Origin: Azolla caroliniana
Taxonomy: Eukaryota > Plantae > Polypodiophyta
DNA length: 64,000 bases
NCBI GenBank assembly: GCA_043228905.1
Contig: JBHGNT010000016.1
Coordinates: forward strand, 10,044,001-10,108,000
Direction: 5' to 3'
Under the pieces are notes generated by a model. It did not search any database. It saw nothing but the letters and a program-made list of their open reading frames with translations, and was not told the origin of the DNA. The position numbers and the translations under genes were made by a program. Numbering within the stretch: position 1 is the first letter of the stretch; each line of letters starts with the position of its first letter. This document shows positions 51,276 to 64,000 of the stretch, one piece after another.

Positions 51276-51319
51276 TACGACCATTCAATCTGACGACCAT
51301 CCTCCCGAAGTCTGCGATA

Positions 51320-54300
51320 CTTCACGCTTAAGCCTGAATCCGATTAAATGTGCATTCGGTGTCACCAGTGCAGCCCTCCTCGGCCACATTGTAAGCGAGG
51401 GGATAGCGATGGACCCGAATAAAATTTCCGCGATCATTCAAGCGAAAACGCCAACAACTGCCAAAGTGCTTAGCCGTTTCCTAGGAAAAATATGTTGGCA
51501 TAGTCGTATGTTATGGTATTTGGCAGATTTCGCTACGCCACTACACGCCGCCGTAAACCGCACACCTTTCAAATGGACGACAATCAAAGAAAAAGTGTAC
51601 GATGCACTTAAGATAATGTTAACACAAGCACCGGTCATACAACCACCAGATTGGGTGAAACCGTTCCATGTCTTTGTGGATGCTTTAGATATTGAAATAG
51701 GCAGCGCGTTGATGCAGCTCACGGAGCCGGATTGGTACAAACCAGTCTATTACGCCAGTCAAAAGCTATCAACGGCCGAACGTAACTACCCCCGAACAGA
51801 ACGGGAGGCGCTAGGAATGATATACAACATCAATAAATTCAACCATTATTAGTTGGGGCAGAAATTTACTTTTCACGTAGATCATGCGGCGTTGCTCTAC
51901 CTTGTGGAGAAATAGGCGCTGACAGGAAAACTGGCTAGATGGATGGTATTGCTCCAAGAATTCGACTTCATAATTTAGCATTGCCCAGGTATGCAACACG
52001 TCGTAGCAGATTTCTTGAGCAGGGTGGATAACGGGAAAACTTCAAGGAAAGATGACGATGAGTTTCCCGATGTGGATGTTCTACGGGTCGCAATTATAGC
52101 GTCACGGGAAGAGAAATTTTTTCCGGATCGATGGTTAATGGAAATGACGTACTTAAAAAAGAAAAAAGATAAAGGTAGTGACAACTATTAAAAGGGACTT
52201 TATGCATGCACAAACTTCTAGGACAAGAACACGCAGAACTACGATGTGACACAGACCAATGCACCCTAGGCCACAAAAAGAGGAAAGCAGAAGGTTGTCT
52301 GCGCATTAAAAACAACAAACTTCAATCTCTAGCCCTCCTTTCTCTCTTGGCTCTTCTCACTCGCCTCGCTCTCCACCATACCACAGAGCTCGCACTCACC
52401 ATAGTCTTCAATCTTTGACTAGCCTTCACGAGCCCCATCCACCCTCGATGCCGATCACTATCTCTGCAGCTCTACATAGATGGCTCCTAGAAAAGGGGTT
52501 TGAGGGCTATATCAGGGTTGCCGAAGCGCCACCGCACCTTGAGGCTCTTGACATAGCCAAGAAGTTGAATGTGGACACAATGACGAACGCTACTGTTCGG
52601 AAGAAACTCGGTTTATCAGCGATTGGGGAAAAGCACTTCGACATTTCTCCTATAGAAACGCTCGGGAAATACTTTGGGGAATATTCAACGTCGTCTAAAG
52701 CATATATAGAACGAAGGACATTCCAAATCCATTTTTTCGGGAATATTCAACGTCGTCTAAGGCATACAGAATGAAGGACATTCCAAAGTCATTTTTTTGG
52801 GTGCGTATATGTCAATGCATACAGGATGCCTAAACAAAAAGCAAGTGTCATCATCGAAACCTTCGAAGGACGTGTCGTAGATTAGGGTGTAATCACGGGG
52901 CCAACACTTAGGGAAGGACTCTATGCATATCAAGCTGGGAAGAAACTTTGGCCGATCATTCAACAGTACCTTACCATACTATTTCCTCCTTGCGGACTTC
53001 CTGCCCCCACACCAAGTGAACAGATGCCTCCGCCATGATCCACGAAACGATGGCTACCAAAGTTAGCGACCACCGAATGGGAGCAGGAACACAACCTTCT
53101 CCTACCACCCAGCGGACGACAAAGACAGGACCACCGGCCAAAGACGTTGAGACGCAACCCTCCATGATAACAGAGCAACAAGAGCCCGCCGGTGATAGTC
53201 CTAGACCCAAACGGCGACGATTAGACCGGAAGGACGACCGCAGATTGGTAAAAGATACGACCGTCACCACCGAAACGTCCGCTCCCACAGAGCCCACTAC
53301 GACACTAGAGATATTCCGCAAACCTCAACCAATCATTGCAACACAATCTCAGCGGGGCAAAGGAGTGCTTACGGCGGAAAGTGAAGTCCTGAAATATCCG
53401 AAACTTCCGGACACGGCACATGAGTTTAGTGATTTATTGCAGTATGGCACCACATATGAGCTTATGGAAATTTTGGCGACTCAGCAGATCAAAGTGTCAC
53501 AGCGAATGGCCGAAGAACATGCCGAGCAGCAGATGGTGGAGCACGTGCTAACGTGAACAGTGGAAAGCGACGATGAGAGACCTCTAGCCAACATAGGGAA
53601 GTAGCGGAACGCGGGGATTCAACGTTTGGGCATTGAACTACCCCCATTGAATATGGCCCTTGTCGAGGCACATCGGGAATTGGCTAGAGTCACTATGGGT
53701 GCCAAGGATATGACTATCAAGAATAAAGACATTTGGAAAATAGTCAAGCTGACTCAAGCCCAATTACAGAAGGCCCGAGAGCGCATTGCAGAGTTAGAAC
53801 ACAACGTCACTATGGCATCGCAAAACCCTGAACCAACATCTGGAGAAAACACATCGATAACCCTACAAGAGGTGATTGCAACACAGAAGGCCATCGCTGC
53901 TAAAGCAAAAAGGGACAGGTAGCTTATGGAGTTCGAGATTGACCGCCTCCTCGCCGAACTCCGCCAATCCTCCGACAGAGAAACGGACATCCGGGCCAAA
54001 GGCCGTAGGGCAATAAAGGCACTAGAAGTTAAACTCGAAGCGGAGACAACAATGAGGGAGAGCCGAAGGAAAGAGGGCCGAGGTTTCTACAAACTCAATG
54101 AGGAAGGCATTGTGGCAGTTCGCGAGGACCTAGCATAGGATTATTGCACTCTAGCGGATGAACACTCCGAGGAACTCGCACAACTGTTAGACGACTTCAG
54201 GGAAAGTCAAGAAGATATTTTTCTCCGACTAATGGAGATCCACCGATTCCACCGAGCATGGGGAGCCTCAACCTAGTTCACCGGAGATGACAACTGCGCT

Positions 54301-54742
54301 AGGCAACATTGCGGACGATATAGACAGGACGGAGCCTCAGCCAACCGCTTGCCCACAGGCGGAAGAGCCAGACCCAGTAGAAAGGAATGATCCAGCAGAG
54401 CGGGGTCCGACCACGCCGGTAGAAGTTGACAACATAGAAACCCCCACGACGGCCGAGTAGAATCTTATCTTCTCTGATTTTCTGTGTTAGTGCAACCCGT
54501 GCGGTCTTGTGTAATCTCTGTGCTATTCGTAAATGCGTCTCTGTAAGCATAGGGTAAGAGTCAGTGTAGTAGCGCACTCTGGTTCTTGGTCGTAGTTGTG
54601 AACCTTCATCCATAGATACGCATTATTACGTAACTAACGGATTATACGACTCACGCCTCGTGTGGCGTCATACCTTGCCACGCAATCACCTTGAGGTCTA
54701 TCTTGAAGGACTGAAGATAGACAATGTTCCATATCAGTAACA
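51320..54742 (+). mobile_element. Athila-like element C1: RT tail/RNaseH, integrase deleted, extra ORF 52447-54276, partial 3' LTR
   Basis: Colinear with A and C2. Jumps at ~52154 from post-RNaseH sequence to the extra-ORF leader, and ends ...CAGTAACA. Confidence 0.72.
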
Positions 54743-57700
54743 ATCTGCTAGCATAGCCGTATGCTCCTTCATTTGGTAGATTTCGCAATACCGCTACATG
54801 CTACAGGGCACCGCACACCATTCAAATAGACTGCAATGGAGGACAAGGTGTAGGAAGCACTAAAGGTGATTCTTACACAAGCACTAGTAGTACAACCTCG
54901 AGACTGGTCCAAGACATTCCACGTATTTGTGGATGCCTCCGACATAACCATCGGTAGTGCACTTATGCAGCTCACCAAGCCCAGTTGGTATCGGCCAATG
55001 TACTATTCTAGTCGTAAATTGTCAGATCCCGAACGGAACTATTCAACAACAGAATGTGAAGCTTTGGGTATGATCTTCAATGTCAATAAATTTCGACATT
55101 ATTTATTAGGAAGAAAATTCACTTTCCACATGGATCATGCCACATTACTGTACCTGGTCGATAAACAGTCACTAACCGGGAAATTAGCACGGTGGATGTT
55201 GCGATTGCAGGAATTTGAATTCGAGATCCAACATCGGCCAGGGACATAGCATGCAGTCACAGACTATTTGAGTAGGATCGACAATGGCGACGAAGCCGCA
55301 GCAGGGCACGACGACTTTCCGGACGCCGAAATCCTACGTATTACTATAGCCGGGACAAGAATTTCCCGGATAGATGGTTGATAGAAATGGCTTACTTCCT
55401 AAGCATGGGGTTTCTACCGCCACAACTAAGAATGAACGAAAAGAAAGGGTTCGCAGTTAGGAGCTGGAACTTTTGCCTAGTAGAAGGAGTCTTATACCAT
55501 AAGGGGCCCGATGGCATCTGACGGTGGGGTATACGACAGGACAAGAAGGATGCAGTATCACGAGAGGCTCATTGCGGCATAACAGGGGGCCACTACGTGG
55601 GGGATATCACAGCCCGGAAAGTACGGCAAGCAAGTATGTGGTGGCCAACAACGCAAAGGGATGCGTATGTATACTGCAAGGAATGCGACCTCTGCTAGCG
55701 TATGGGCCAACCCACGGAGCTGGCATGGATGCCTCACAAGCCGGTGCTTCCACTTGAGCCTTTCTAGAAATGGGGCCTTCATTTTGTGGGACCCTTTACC
55801 CCAGCCACGACTCGTATGGGAAATAAATATATCCTAGTGGCCACGTATTATTGTACCAAATGGGTGGAGGCAAAAGCGTTACGAGATAACACCGCGTTAC
55901 GAGATAAAGCGTTACGAGCTCATCAGCGATCAAGGAAGCCATTTCTTAAATATTGTCATATTCGATCTCACAGAACATTACGCTATGGTTCACAAGAAAA
56001 GTATGTCATATTATCCAAACGCCAATGGACTCGCAGAACCAACGAATAAGACACTTCAAAATATCTTAAAAAAGATCATCAACGACAACCGCACCGATTG
56101 GGACACGAAGTTGCACAGTGCCTTATGGGCATACCACACTAGTTTCAAAACCAACGTCCAATCAATGCCATTCTGGATGGAATTCTGGACCAAACGCCAA
56201 TGGACTCGAAGTTGTAATGCCTATAGAGTTTCCAGATACCAAGTTTACGCATATAGGTCCACGAACGACTGTCAGAGGACCAGTCCGAGAAAATTTGCTT
56301 ACAACAACTACTCGAATTGGGGGAAGCTAGAGTCCATAGCATGGCAATCTTGGAACACGAACAATGGCAGGGGAAGGCATTTGTAGACCAGCACCGTGGC
56401 ACCAATGAGAAGCACTTTAAAATTGGAAAAGCAGTCTTGGTATTCCAAAGACGCATGGGATAGATGCCCTGAAAACTGCATTTCCGATGGATAGGGCCGT
56501 ACTAGATAATAGGAGTCGAGAATGGGACATTCAAACTAGGCACCCTAGCACGGGAGGTTTTGCGTCAAAAAGTCAATGGGTTTCGACTAAAGCTGTATTT
56601 GGAACCCACGCCGCCAAACCCATTTCACGCCGATGAAGATAATCGGGTCGTTCCCTTGATAGAATGAAACGGCCACTAAAACGGGATCCACTAGTAAGCA
56701 TGTAACATTAATGTACTATAAAACGAGCCTTAACCATTAGGTTTGAAATGGAAAAACAAAAAGAAGGAAAGAGGGAGAGGCACGACTATTAAAGGGACTA
56801 CATGCATGCACACTTTCCAAGACAAAAAGAACACGCATGCACACAATGATTCGCAACCCTAACTTATCATCTTCACAAAAGGAGGACAAAAGTTACTTCT
56901 CTGCAATCGCAGAAAACATTCCCAAACTCTTTGCTCCCCTTGCTTTCCACACTTACCTCACCATCACAAAAGAATAAGCTTGCGGACTGTGCCCCCTAGG
57001 TGCTCTCCCGGCTCATCTCGATAGGATGACATGCTGACCTATATCTCCCCGACTCTGTGGCAATGGCTACATGACAAGGGCTTAGAAGGTTACATCCGGG
57101 TAGTAGAAGCTCCTCCACACCCGGATGCCAAGGAGGTGGCCATGAAACTCAATGTCGACACCATCACAAACATCACTATCAGGAAGAAGTTGGGTTATCT
57201 GGAAGTGGCGAACGTCACTTCGAAATCCCCCCAACAGGAGTCCTCGAACAGTACATCGGGGAATATTTAACCTCTGCAAAGGCATGCAGAACATAGGACA
57301 TCCCTAACCCATTCTTTTGGCAAGTGGCAAAGTTCTTGTTGGAAGTAGGGTGCATACATACTAATGCCTACGAGATGCCAAAGCAGAAAGTAGGCATCCT
57401 CACCGCTACGTTCGAGGGTCATTCCATTGACTGGGGAGTCTTCACAGGGTCGACACTGAGAGAGGGCTTGCACATGTTTCAGGCCGGGAAAAAGCTTCGC
57501 CCTTCTCCCCCCACCACGATCAGCAAAAAGAAGACTAGCTGACCTCGCAGAGACAGAATGGGAGGAAGAAGCAAACCCGTGTGAAACGGAAGCCACCCTG
57601 GTGAAGCACAAGCGACAGAGTCCTAGGCCAAGCAATAGACGACAAGCGGAAACCCGGAACCCAAGCGCATGCGGTTGGACAAAAAGGACGGTCGCGGGCT

Positions 57701-60048
57701 TGTTAAGGATACAGCCCCACGAGTCGAGAACCCTACCACTACAGAGGCCACCTCCACATTGAAGTTGATTCCTGAACCTCGGCCAATAATAACCGGATAG
57801 TCGCAACGCGGTAAGGGCGTGCTAACTTCGGAAAGCAAAGGTTTGTCGTTCCCAGACATCCTGGACACAACCCACGAGTTCGGTGACCTGTTGCAATTCG
57901 GCACAACTTATGAGCTCATGGAGTTCCTAGCGACATAGTAGATTAAGGTGTCCCAGTGAATGGCCGAAGAGCACGCCGAAACCAAAGACGAAGGCCCACT
58001 AGGGCAGGTAGGAAGGAAGAGAAATGCGGGTGTTCGCCGCGTAGGGATAAAGCTCCCTCCATTTAATACAGCCTTAGTCGAGGTTCATAGGGAGTTGGCA
58101 AAGGTCACCCTGGGTGCCAAAGATATGGCAATCAAGAGCAAAAACGTTTGGAAAACCATGAAAGTAACCCAAGAGCAACTGAATAAAGCACAACAGCGTA
58201 TTACAGAGTTTGAGAGCAGCACACCAACGGTGCAACAAGTTCCCGCACCTACCTCCCAGACAACCGACCTACAGACCCTACAAGAGGAGGCAGAGGCTCA
58301 AAAAGCAATAACAACTACAGAAAAAAGGACGACTGAGCTAGCCGAGTCTGAGATCAACCGTCATAGGTCAGAACTCCATCAGTCCTCAGACAAAGAAGCA
58401 GACATTCGGGGAAAAGGACGTAAGGCGGTCAAGGCAATTGAGGACAAGCTCGACATGCAAGTGGCCACGCATGGCCAAACGAAGGCGGAGAGGGATAAAC
58501 TCCATGAGGAAGGGACAAAGAAGGAAGACACCATCACGGCGCTTAGAGAGGTAGCACAAAAAAAGTGAGCATGGTATGATGAACAGCTCGAGCATGAGCG
58601 CCAATTCAAGCGTGATGTCAAAATATGCCTCAACAAGGAGATGGGCCAGCTAGAGGAGCTCCATAAGGAGTCACAAATCTGGGCACAAATGAAGACATTG
58701 TATGAAGAAGTAGCGGTAGACAACAATGGGAAATTTGAGAACCTCAAGAAGGCTCTTCAGGACTTACAGTCCCGCACACGGCTGAAAACGGACCGTATCC
58801 GCATCCTCCTCCAAACAAAACAAGAATGGTTTATGACCCAACTACAAATGACGTTAGATAGAGGATGGCCAGATGGGCAACACAGACAGTGGCACTCCAC
58901 ACATATAGAGCGGACTGGGAAAATCGGCATAGGAAAGGAAAAGGGTTTTACAAGATCAACGAAGAGAGCATTGCTACGATTCGTGAAGACCTTACACAAG
59001 ATTACCACTCCTTAGTCAACCGCCACACCGAAGAAATGGCACAACTATTAGAGGACTTCAGTGAAAGCTAAGATGACACATTTTGTCAGCTACACGACAT
59101 CGGCAACAAACATCAAAGGGCAGAAGATGCGAGGAAGGTGGAGGCCATCATCCTGCCAGATAGCGATTTCGTAGTACAACATGGAAGTCCATACAAACAA
59201 GACATAGCTTTGGAGGTTACGACTACGGTCACACCTATCATTATGTTCCCTGATCCGGTAGTTGCGGCGAATGAGACGCTACAAAGAGACCCAGACTAGA
59301 CTCCTACAGGCATAGAGAAGGAAATACAGATAGAACCACCGGTGGAGACGTTGTAGGAGGATGTAATGGCCGACCATCAAGAGGCACACACAATAGATGC
59401 AGAAACCACGATGCAGGGATTTCCGGCCAAGCCGGAAAATTGTGAGCCCATACACATCATGACACTGCCTGTTACGATAAACAACGACAAGTAGAGGAGG
59501 ATGGGTCCGACGTGCCATGGCATTGTCCCACATGCATGCTAGGTGTTGTCCGCCCTACCGAGAAATGAGGCGAAGATTAAAGGCGGACTAGTAGATAAGC
59601 ATATTTTGTAATGATGGAAGTGTTAGAAAGCATAAAGTGCATGTAACATTTCATGCACTAAGTGTAACCATCTATGCCCTGCATATATAAAGGGCATAAG
59701 AACATTGTAAACATCTAGCATACTTTTGGGTGTATAATCCGTCCAATATATATAATTGTGCTATCTTTTTTGAACTCTATGTCGAGTATTATCTAAACTC
59801 TATTTTGGTAGGGAAGCATAATTATTGTTAGGGTAAGTGGTGTATCAGTGTAAACCACGACCTACGGTAAGAATGTGTTTGGTTGTAGCCGTATCCTGTT
59901 ACGCCTTACCCTTGTGGTCACTCAATAACGCATTACCCATTACCGTAGGTTAAGGCTAGACGCACTACGCTATCCATTCCCTGTACCACAATCTTCTTCA
60001 GTCGTACCCTGAAGGATTGAGGGTAAGCCGTGTTCCTAATTGGTAACA
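54743..60048 (+). mobile_element. Athila-like element C2: RNaseH, INT, extra ORF (~57031-59500), 3' LTR ~59544-60048
   Basis: [25 protein letters not shown]; LTR TGTTG...GGTAACA with a TATA box at ~59685. Confidence 0.78.
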
Positions 60049-60051
60049 CCA

Positions 60052-60459
60052 TAAAATGATAATTATGCAGAAGCCAAACAGATCACAACCAGCTCAGCTG
60101 GATAGCAACAGAAACCGTAGAGAATGAAAAACACAAATTAGGTGAGACAGACAGAGCAATACAACAAATCTCTATTGCAAAAAGGCTCTGTAAAAACTTT
60201 GTACATACAAATGTGCATCATAGCACTTTTTATACAAGTCCTTAAAAGGACTAACAAAAGTACTGACAAGTACTTCAATGCTCGTACTGAGCTATGACAT
60301 TAACTCCTAAAAATATGCCTATCTACTAGGTTAGGACCATAGACCTCTAAAGGGCTACTGGTTACACTGATTCGGATACCGATCTCTTGGTTCCGAACAC
60401 CAATCTAGCTCTTGGCTTATTCAGTTGATCTGGATCATGTTGAGCTTGTATGCTCAACA
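60052..60459 (-). repeat. LTR related to Copia H
   Basis: Shares TTTATACAAGTCCT...GTACTTCAATGCTC and the GCTCAACA end with 48230-48455. Left boundary approximate. Confidence 0.65.
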
Positions 60460-60640
60460 CACATCATGAACATTCTGTCACAATTATTGTAGTTAGAATT
60501 TGAGGTGTAGTTGGGAAGTTATTGACTTGTGAAGGCACTCTTCTTCTTCTTCCCACACTCTACCTCGTAATGGTCGAATTTTTCCACAGTATCCCCACTG
60601 GACGGAGTTGTTTAGTCGGCTTGGTCTGGCATGGTTGCTC
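60460..60640 (-). pseudogene. Retrotransposon gag zinc-knuckle fragment
   Basis: Minus strand reads YCGKFDHYEVECGKKK. Confidence 0.5.
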
Positions 60641-60649
60641 CCCTTTCTA

Positions 60650-61133
60650 TGCGGAAATGACGCTCGGCCACAACCGAGTCTTCAACAAGGAATAGAATAG
60701 AACATACTAACAAGTAGATGACACAAGATGTTTACGTGGAAAACCCTAAATGGGAAAAACCATGGGAGCCCACAGACTCCAACTATCACTATAAGGGGAT
60801 AATTACAATGTGAGACTCAGATGCAACGACCTCAAGCTCTATGTCTTGGCAACTGACGGTTACAACAGAAAACTCGTTTTGTGTGTGTGTGTCTCTCTCA
60901 CGCTCTGTGTACAACGATGATACAACAACAACTCACATCACTATGTCAAAGTGATTACGCTAAGTCATATTTATACTTATATGACATTTGGACTATTTAC
61001 AAATATAGCCTCGATGGGCTCACTATGAAACATATTTACACATATGTCCTTGGATCCGGTTTGTACCAAATCCATCCGGATTCACTCAATCCGGTTTCCG
61101 GGTCTCATCTGAAACTCTTCTGGAGCCAGTTCC
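60650..61133 (-). repeat. LTR related to solo LTR 13890-14684, interrupted by G
   Basis: Shares ACGCTCGGCCACAACCGAG, GATGTTTACGTGGAAAACCC and CTATTTACAAATATAGCCTCGATGG. Confidence 0.75.
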
Positions 61134-61426
61134 TGTCATAACTAGACTCGAACCCATAACCTTTTGTTACACGGGTCGAGACTTTACTATTAGGTTATGA
61201 GTTGTAATTTGAAGGATATTATTTTCATTTAGGTTTTATTAGGAAATTGATGTATATTCCAGATTTCTCTGGAACATTCTAGAAACTTCAGGAGTATTCC
61301 TGAAGACACTATAAAAGGAGGCGCAAGGCATTAGTTCGAACCAAATCGGTTCAACGCCAGTCTTAAGCCTTCTAACTACTGTTGTATATCTTCCGTCATA
61401 TAATACATATATCTTTCGCATCATCA

Positions 61427-61468
<42 letters not shown>

Positions 61469-61690
61469 ACTCATTCCTTCTCTCAAAGTTCGACACCTCT
61501 CATAGTACTAATCCTTCTCTGTCTTAGTACTATTCTCCAACAATAGTACTAATCCTTCTTTTAGTACTAATTCCTTCTCTGCCTTAATAGAGTTCCTGAC
61601 AGTTTGAACCGATTTTCTCCTACTAGTCTCCCTCTTCCTTCTATCTCTCTCCTTTCCTACTAGTCTCTTATTTCCCTTTTCCTTCATCCC

Positions 61691-62860
61691 ATGGCCACCG
61701 TTAGCGCTGAAGAGTATCAATCCGTTTTCTCGGAATTTCAATGCTTGAAAGAGAAGTTTCATGCTTTGGAACAAGAAAATCAACGCTTGTTGGGGGATCT
61801 TCAGCAAATTTCCTTAGAAAAGCAGCAAACGCAACAACAGCATGGGGAACTTGCGTTACGCGTGCAACAACTCGAAGCAACCATCGTAGCAATGCAACAA
61901 CAAGGGCACGGAGCACAAGGGATTCATAAAGAACCCAAGATTGGCCTTCCCACGAAGTTCGATGGAACGCGATCGCAGTTTAGAGGGTTTCTTAACCAGG
62001 TACGGTTAGTTATTCAAATGCATCCGTCCCGATATCCCACCGATGCATCACGAGTGGGTTTAGTAGGCACGTTGTTAAATGGCTCAGCATTAGCATGGTT
62101 CGCTCCGCTACTAGAAAAGGAATCTCCAGTACTAAATAATTTTGAAGAATTCATAAGTGAGTTTAAAGCATGTTTTGGAGATACTGACAGCATAAGGACT
62201 GCAATCAACAAAATCCGGCGATTACGCCAAGGTGACCGTCCAGCCTCCGCATATGCTGCAGATTTCCGCCTACTCGCCGCCGATATCCCCTGGGATGATC
62301 AAGCATTGATGGAGCAGTTCCGCTATGGTCTACGCAACGATGTCAAGGATTTACTCTTGACTTTCCCTGAAGAGCCAAAATCATTAACAGAAGCAATCAG
62401 TCGAGCGGTCAGATGTGACAACCGCCTCTTCGAGCGACGTTCGGAACGACAATTTCAGATGCCGAGGGCAAGATCCGAGCCTACCTATGCCTCAATGGTA
62501 GCGAAACCTTTTCAAAGGGAGTCACATAATGCGCCTCCAGTAAGTACTCCAACTCCAATGGAAATTGACACTACACGTCGTCGTGGGCCGCTATCGGAGG
62601 AGGAAAAGCAACGACGCCGAACAAACCGATTATGCCTTTATTGCGGTGGACCAGGGCATATCGCGATAAACTGTCCCCATAGACCAAGAAGGCAGGTAAA
62701 CCAAGTCATTGTTAGTTCTGACTATACTAAACCCGAGTCTATGTCAGTAGGAATCTCTGATAATCCTCATAGTCATAATAGTCCTAATAGTACTAATAGT
62801 CCGAATCTCGCAAACAAATTTGATGTCCTTAGCCAATTAGAAGAAGAGTTAAACGACTAA
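61691..62860 (+). CDS. gag: Gag of G (389 aa)
   Basis: Differs from the gag of F at only a few residues. Confidence 0.95.
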   Translation: MATVSAEEYQSVFSEFQCLKEKFHALEQENQRLLGDLQQISLEKQQTQQQHGELALRVQQLEATIVAMQQQGHGAQGIHKEPKIGLPTKFDGTRSQFRGFLNQVRLVIQMHPSRYPTDASRVGLVGTLLNGSALAWFAPLLEKESPVLNNFEEFISEFKACFGDTDSIRTAINKIRRLRQGDRPASAYAADFRLLAADIPWDDQALMEQFRYGLRNDVKDLLLTFPEEPKSLTEAISRAVRCDNRLFERRSERQFQMPRARSEPTYASMVAKPFQRESHNAPPVSTPTPMEIDTTRRRGPLSEEEKQRRRTNRLCLYCGGPGHIAINCPHRPRRQVNQVIVSSDYTKPESMSVGISDNPHSHNSPNSTNSPNLANKFDVLSQLEEELND

Positions 62861-64000
62861 GTCCAGCCAAAATAGGAGCCGTTTGGTTGGACAGCCCTAG
62901 ATCTGTGCAGCCCATTAGTGGTTCCATTCCCTCTAAGCAAGTTAGTGATGTGTTCGTAGCCCAAGTAGCAGTTAGTACTAAAAGTACCCCTCCAGTACAT
63001 ACCTTAGCCCTTCTAGATTCCGGAGCTAATTCTTGCTTCATGGATAGGAATTTTGCCCGAGCTCATCAGATATCTCTCAGAAAGCTCCCATGTCCAGCCT
63101 CAGTAGTAGTCATTGATGGTCGTCCCATTGCTTCTGGTAATATCATAGAAGAGTCGGAACCCGTTAATATTGTCCTAGATAACTTAACATGTGTAGTATC
63201 ATTTAATATTATTAGTATTCCAGAACATCCCATAGTTTTAGGATTACCATGGTTCGAGTTACATAACCCAGACATAGATTGGAGGACAAGGGAAATCCGG
63301 TTGCGACAAACCCAAGGATCTACCCAGAAGGTTGCAACCATTTCGCTACGTCAGTTGCGTGAGGAAGGGCGCAAGGAGGAAATGTTTCTCTTCGCAATAT
63401 CAGTACAACCCTCCAGTACCACCAAAGAGGAGTCCACCGTTCAACTTCCCGAGAAGTATCGTCAGTATGCTGATGTGTTCGATAAAGTACAAGCCAACAC
63501 ACTTCCTCATCATCGGCCGTACGATTGCGCCATCGACTTACAACAGGGAAAAGAGCCGCCATGGGGGCCGATCTACAATTTGTCACCAACCGAGCTAGAA
63601 GTCCTTCGAGCCTATATAGAGGAGAATTTGGAGAACGGTTTCATTCGGCATTCGAAATCTCCAGCCGGCGCACCCATTTTCTTCGTCAAGAAAAAAGATG
63701 GCTCGCTTCGACTCGTTGTAGATTACCGTGGCTTGAATAAGGTCACAGTAAGAAATAGGTATGCTCTTCCCCTTATCTCAAGTCTTTTAGAACGGATCAA
63801 CGGTGCCAGGTTCTTCACGAAGATCGACTTACGAGGAGCCTATAACCTCGTACGGATCCGACCAGGAGATGAATGGAAGACCGCGTTTCGCACCAGATAT
63901 GGGCACTTCGAGTATACGGTCATGCCGTTCGGACTCACTAATGCGCCGGCAGTCTTCCAGCACATGGCGAATGATATATTTCGAGATCTCTTGGATGATT
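62848..64000 (+). CDS. pol: Pol of G, partial (PR, RT)
   Basis: Open -1 frame to the window end; matches the pol of F. Confidence 0.92.

Larger units (their letters stand above)
61134..64000 (+). mobile_element. Element G, near-identical sister of F, running off the window; 5' LTR 61134-61601
   Basis: TGTCATAAC...CCTGACA LTR of 468 bp; gag and pol almost identical to those of F. Confidence 0.96.

Noticed and set aside
50791-51852. 353-aa ORF as a novel fusion protein
   Set aside because: Chance read-through from the antisense strand of one pol fragment into the sense RNaseH region of C1.
1-64000. Host protein-coding, rRNA or tRNA genes
   Set aside because: None recognised. The remaining short ORFs are antisense or alternate-frame shadows of transposon genes.

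Overview
Gene-free, heavily nested transposon array from a eukaryote. The element types point to a moss such as Physcomitrium, but that is inference. Most of the window is LTR retrotransposons: three decayed Athila-like Gypsy copies (A, C1, C2) with an extra sense ORF after pol, a full-length tRNA-Trp-primed Gypsy (B), a chromodomain Gypsy (E), two young Tcn1/Tf1-type self-priming chromoviruses (F intact, G running off the end), decayed Copia elements (D, H) and solo or partial LTRs. The outstanding part is 26-44 kb, a DNA-transposon-like unit. It has a ~930-aa Sola1/DUF7869-like DDD transposase on + (interrupted by F), head-to-head with an intron-containing gene on - for a ParB/Srx-like domain fused to a bacterial beta-class amino (N6A/N4C) DNA methyltransferase. 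An array of eight 29-bp palindromes at 51-bp spacing lies between the two genes. Both genes are pseudogenised here. Family names come from motifs read by eye, and no database search was run.
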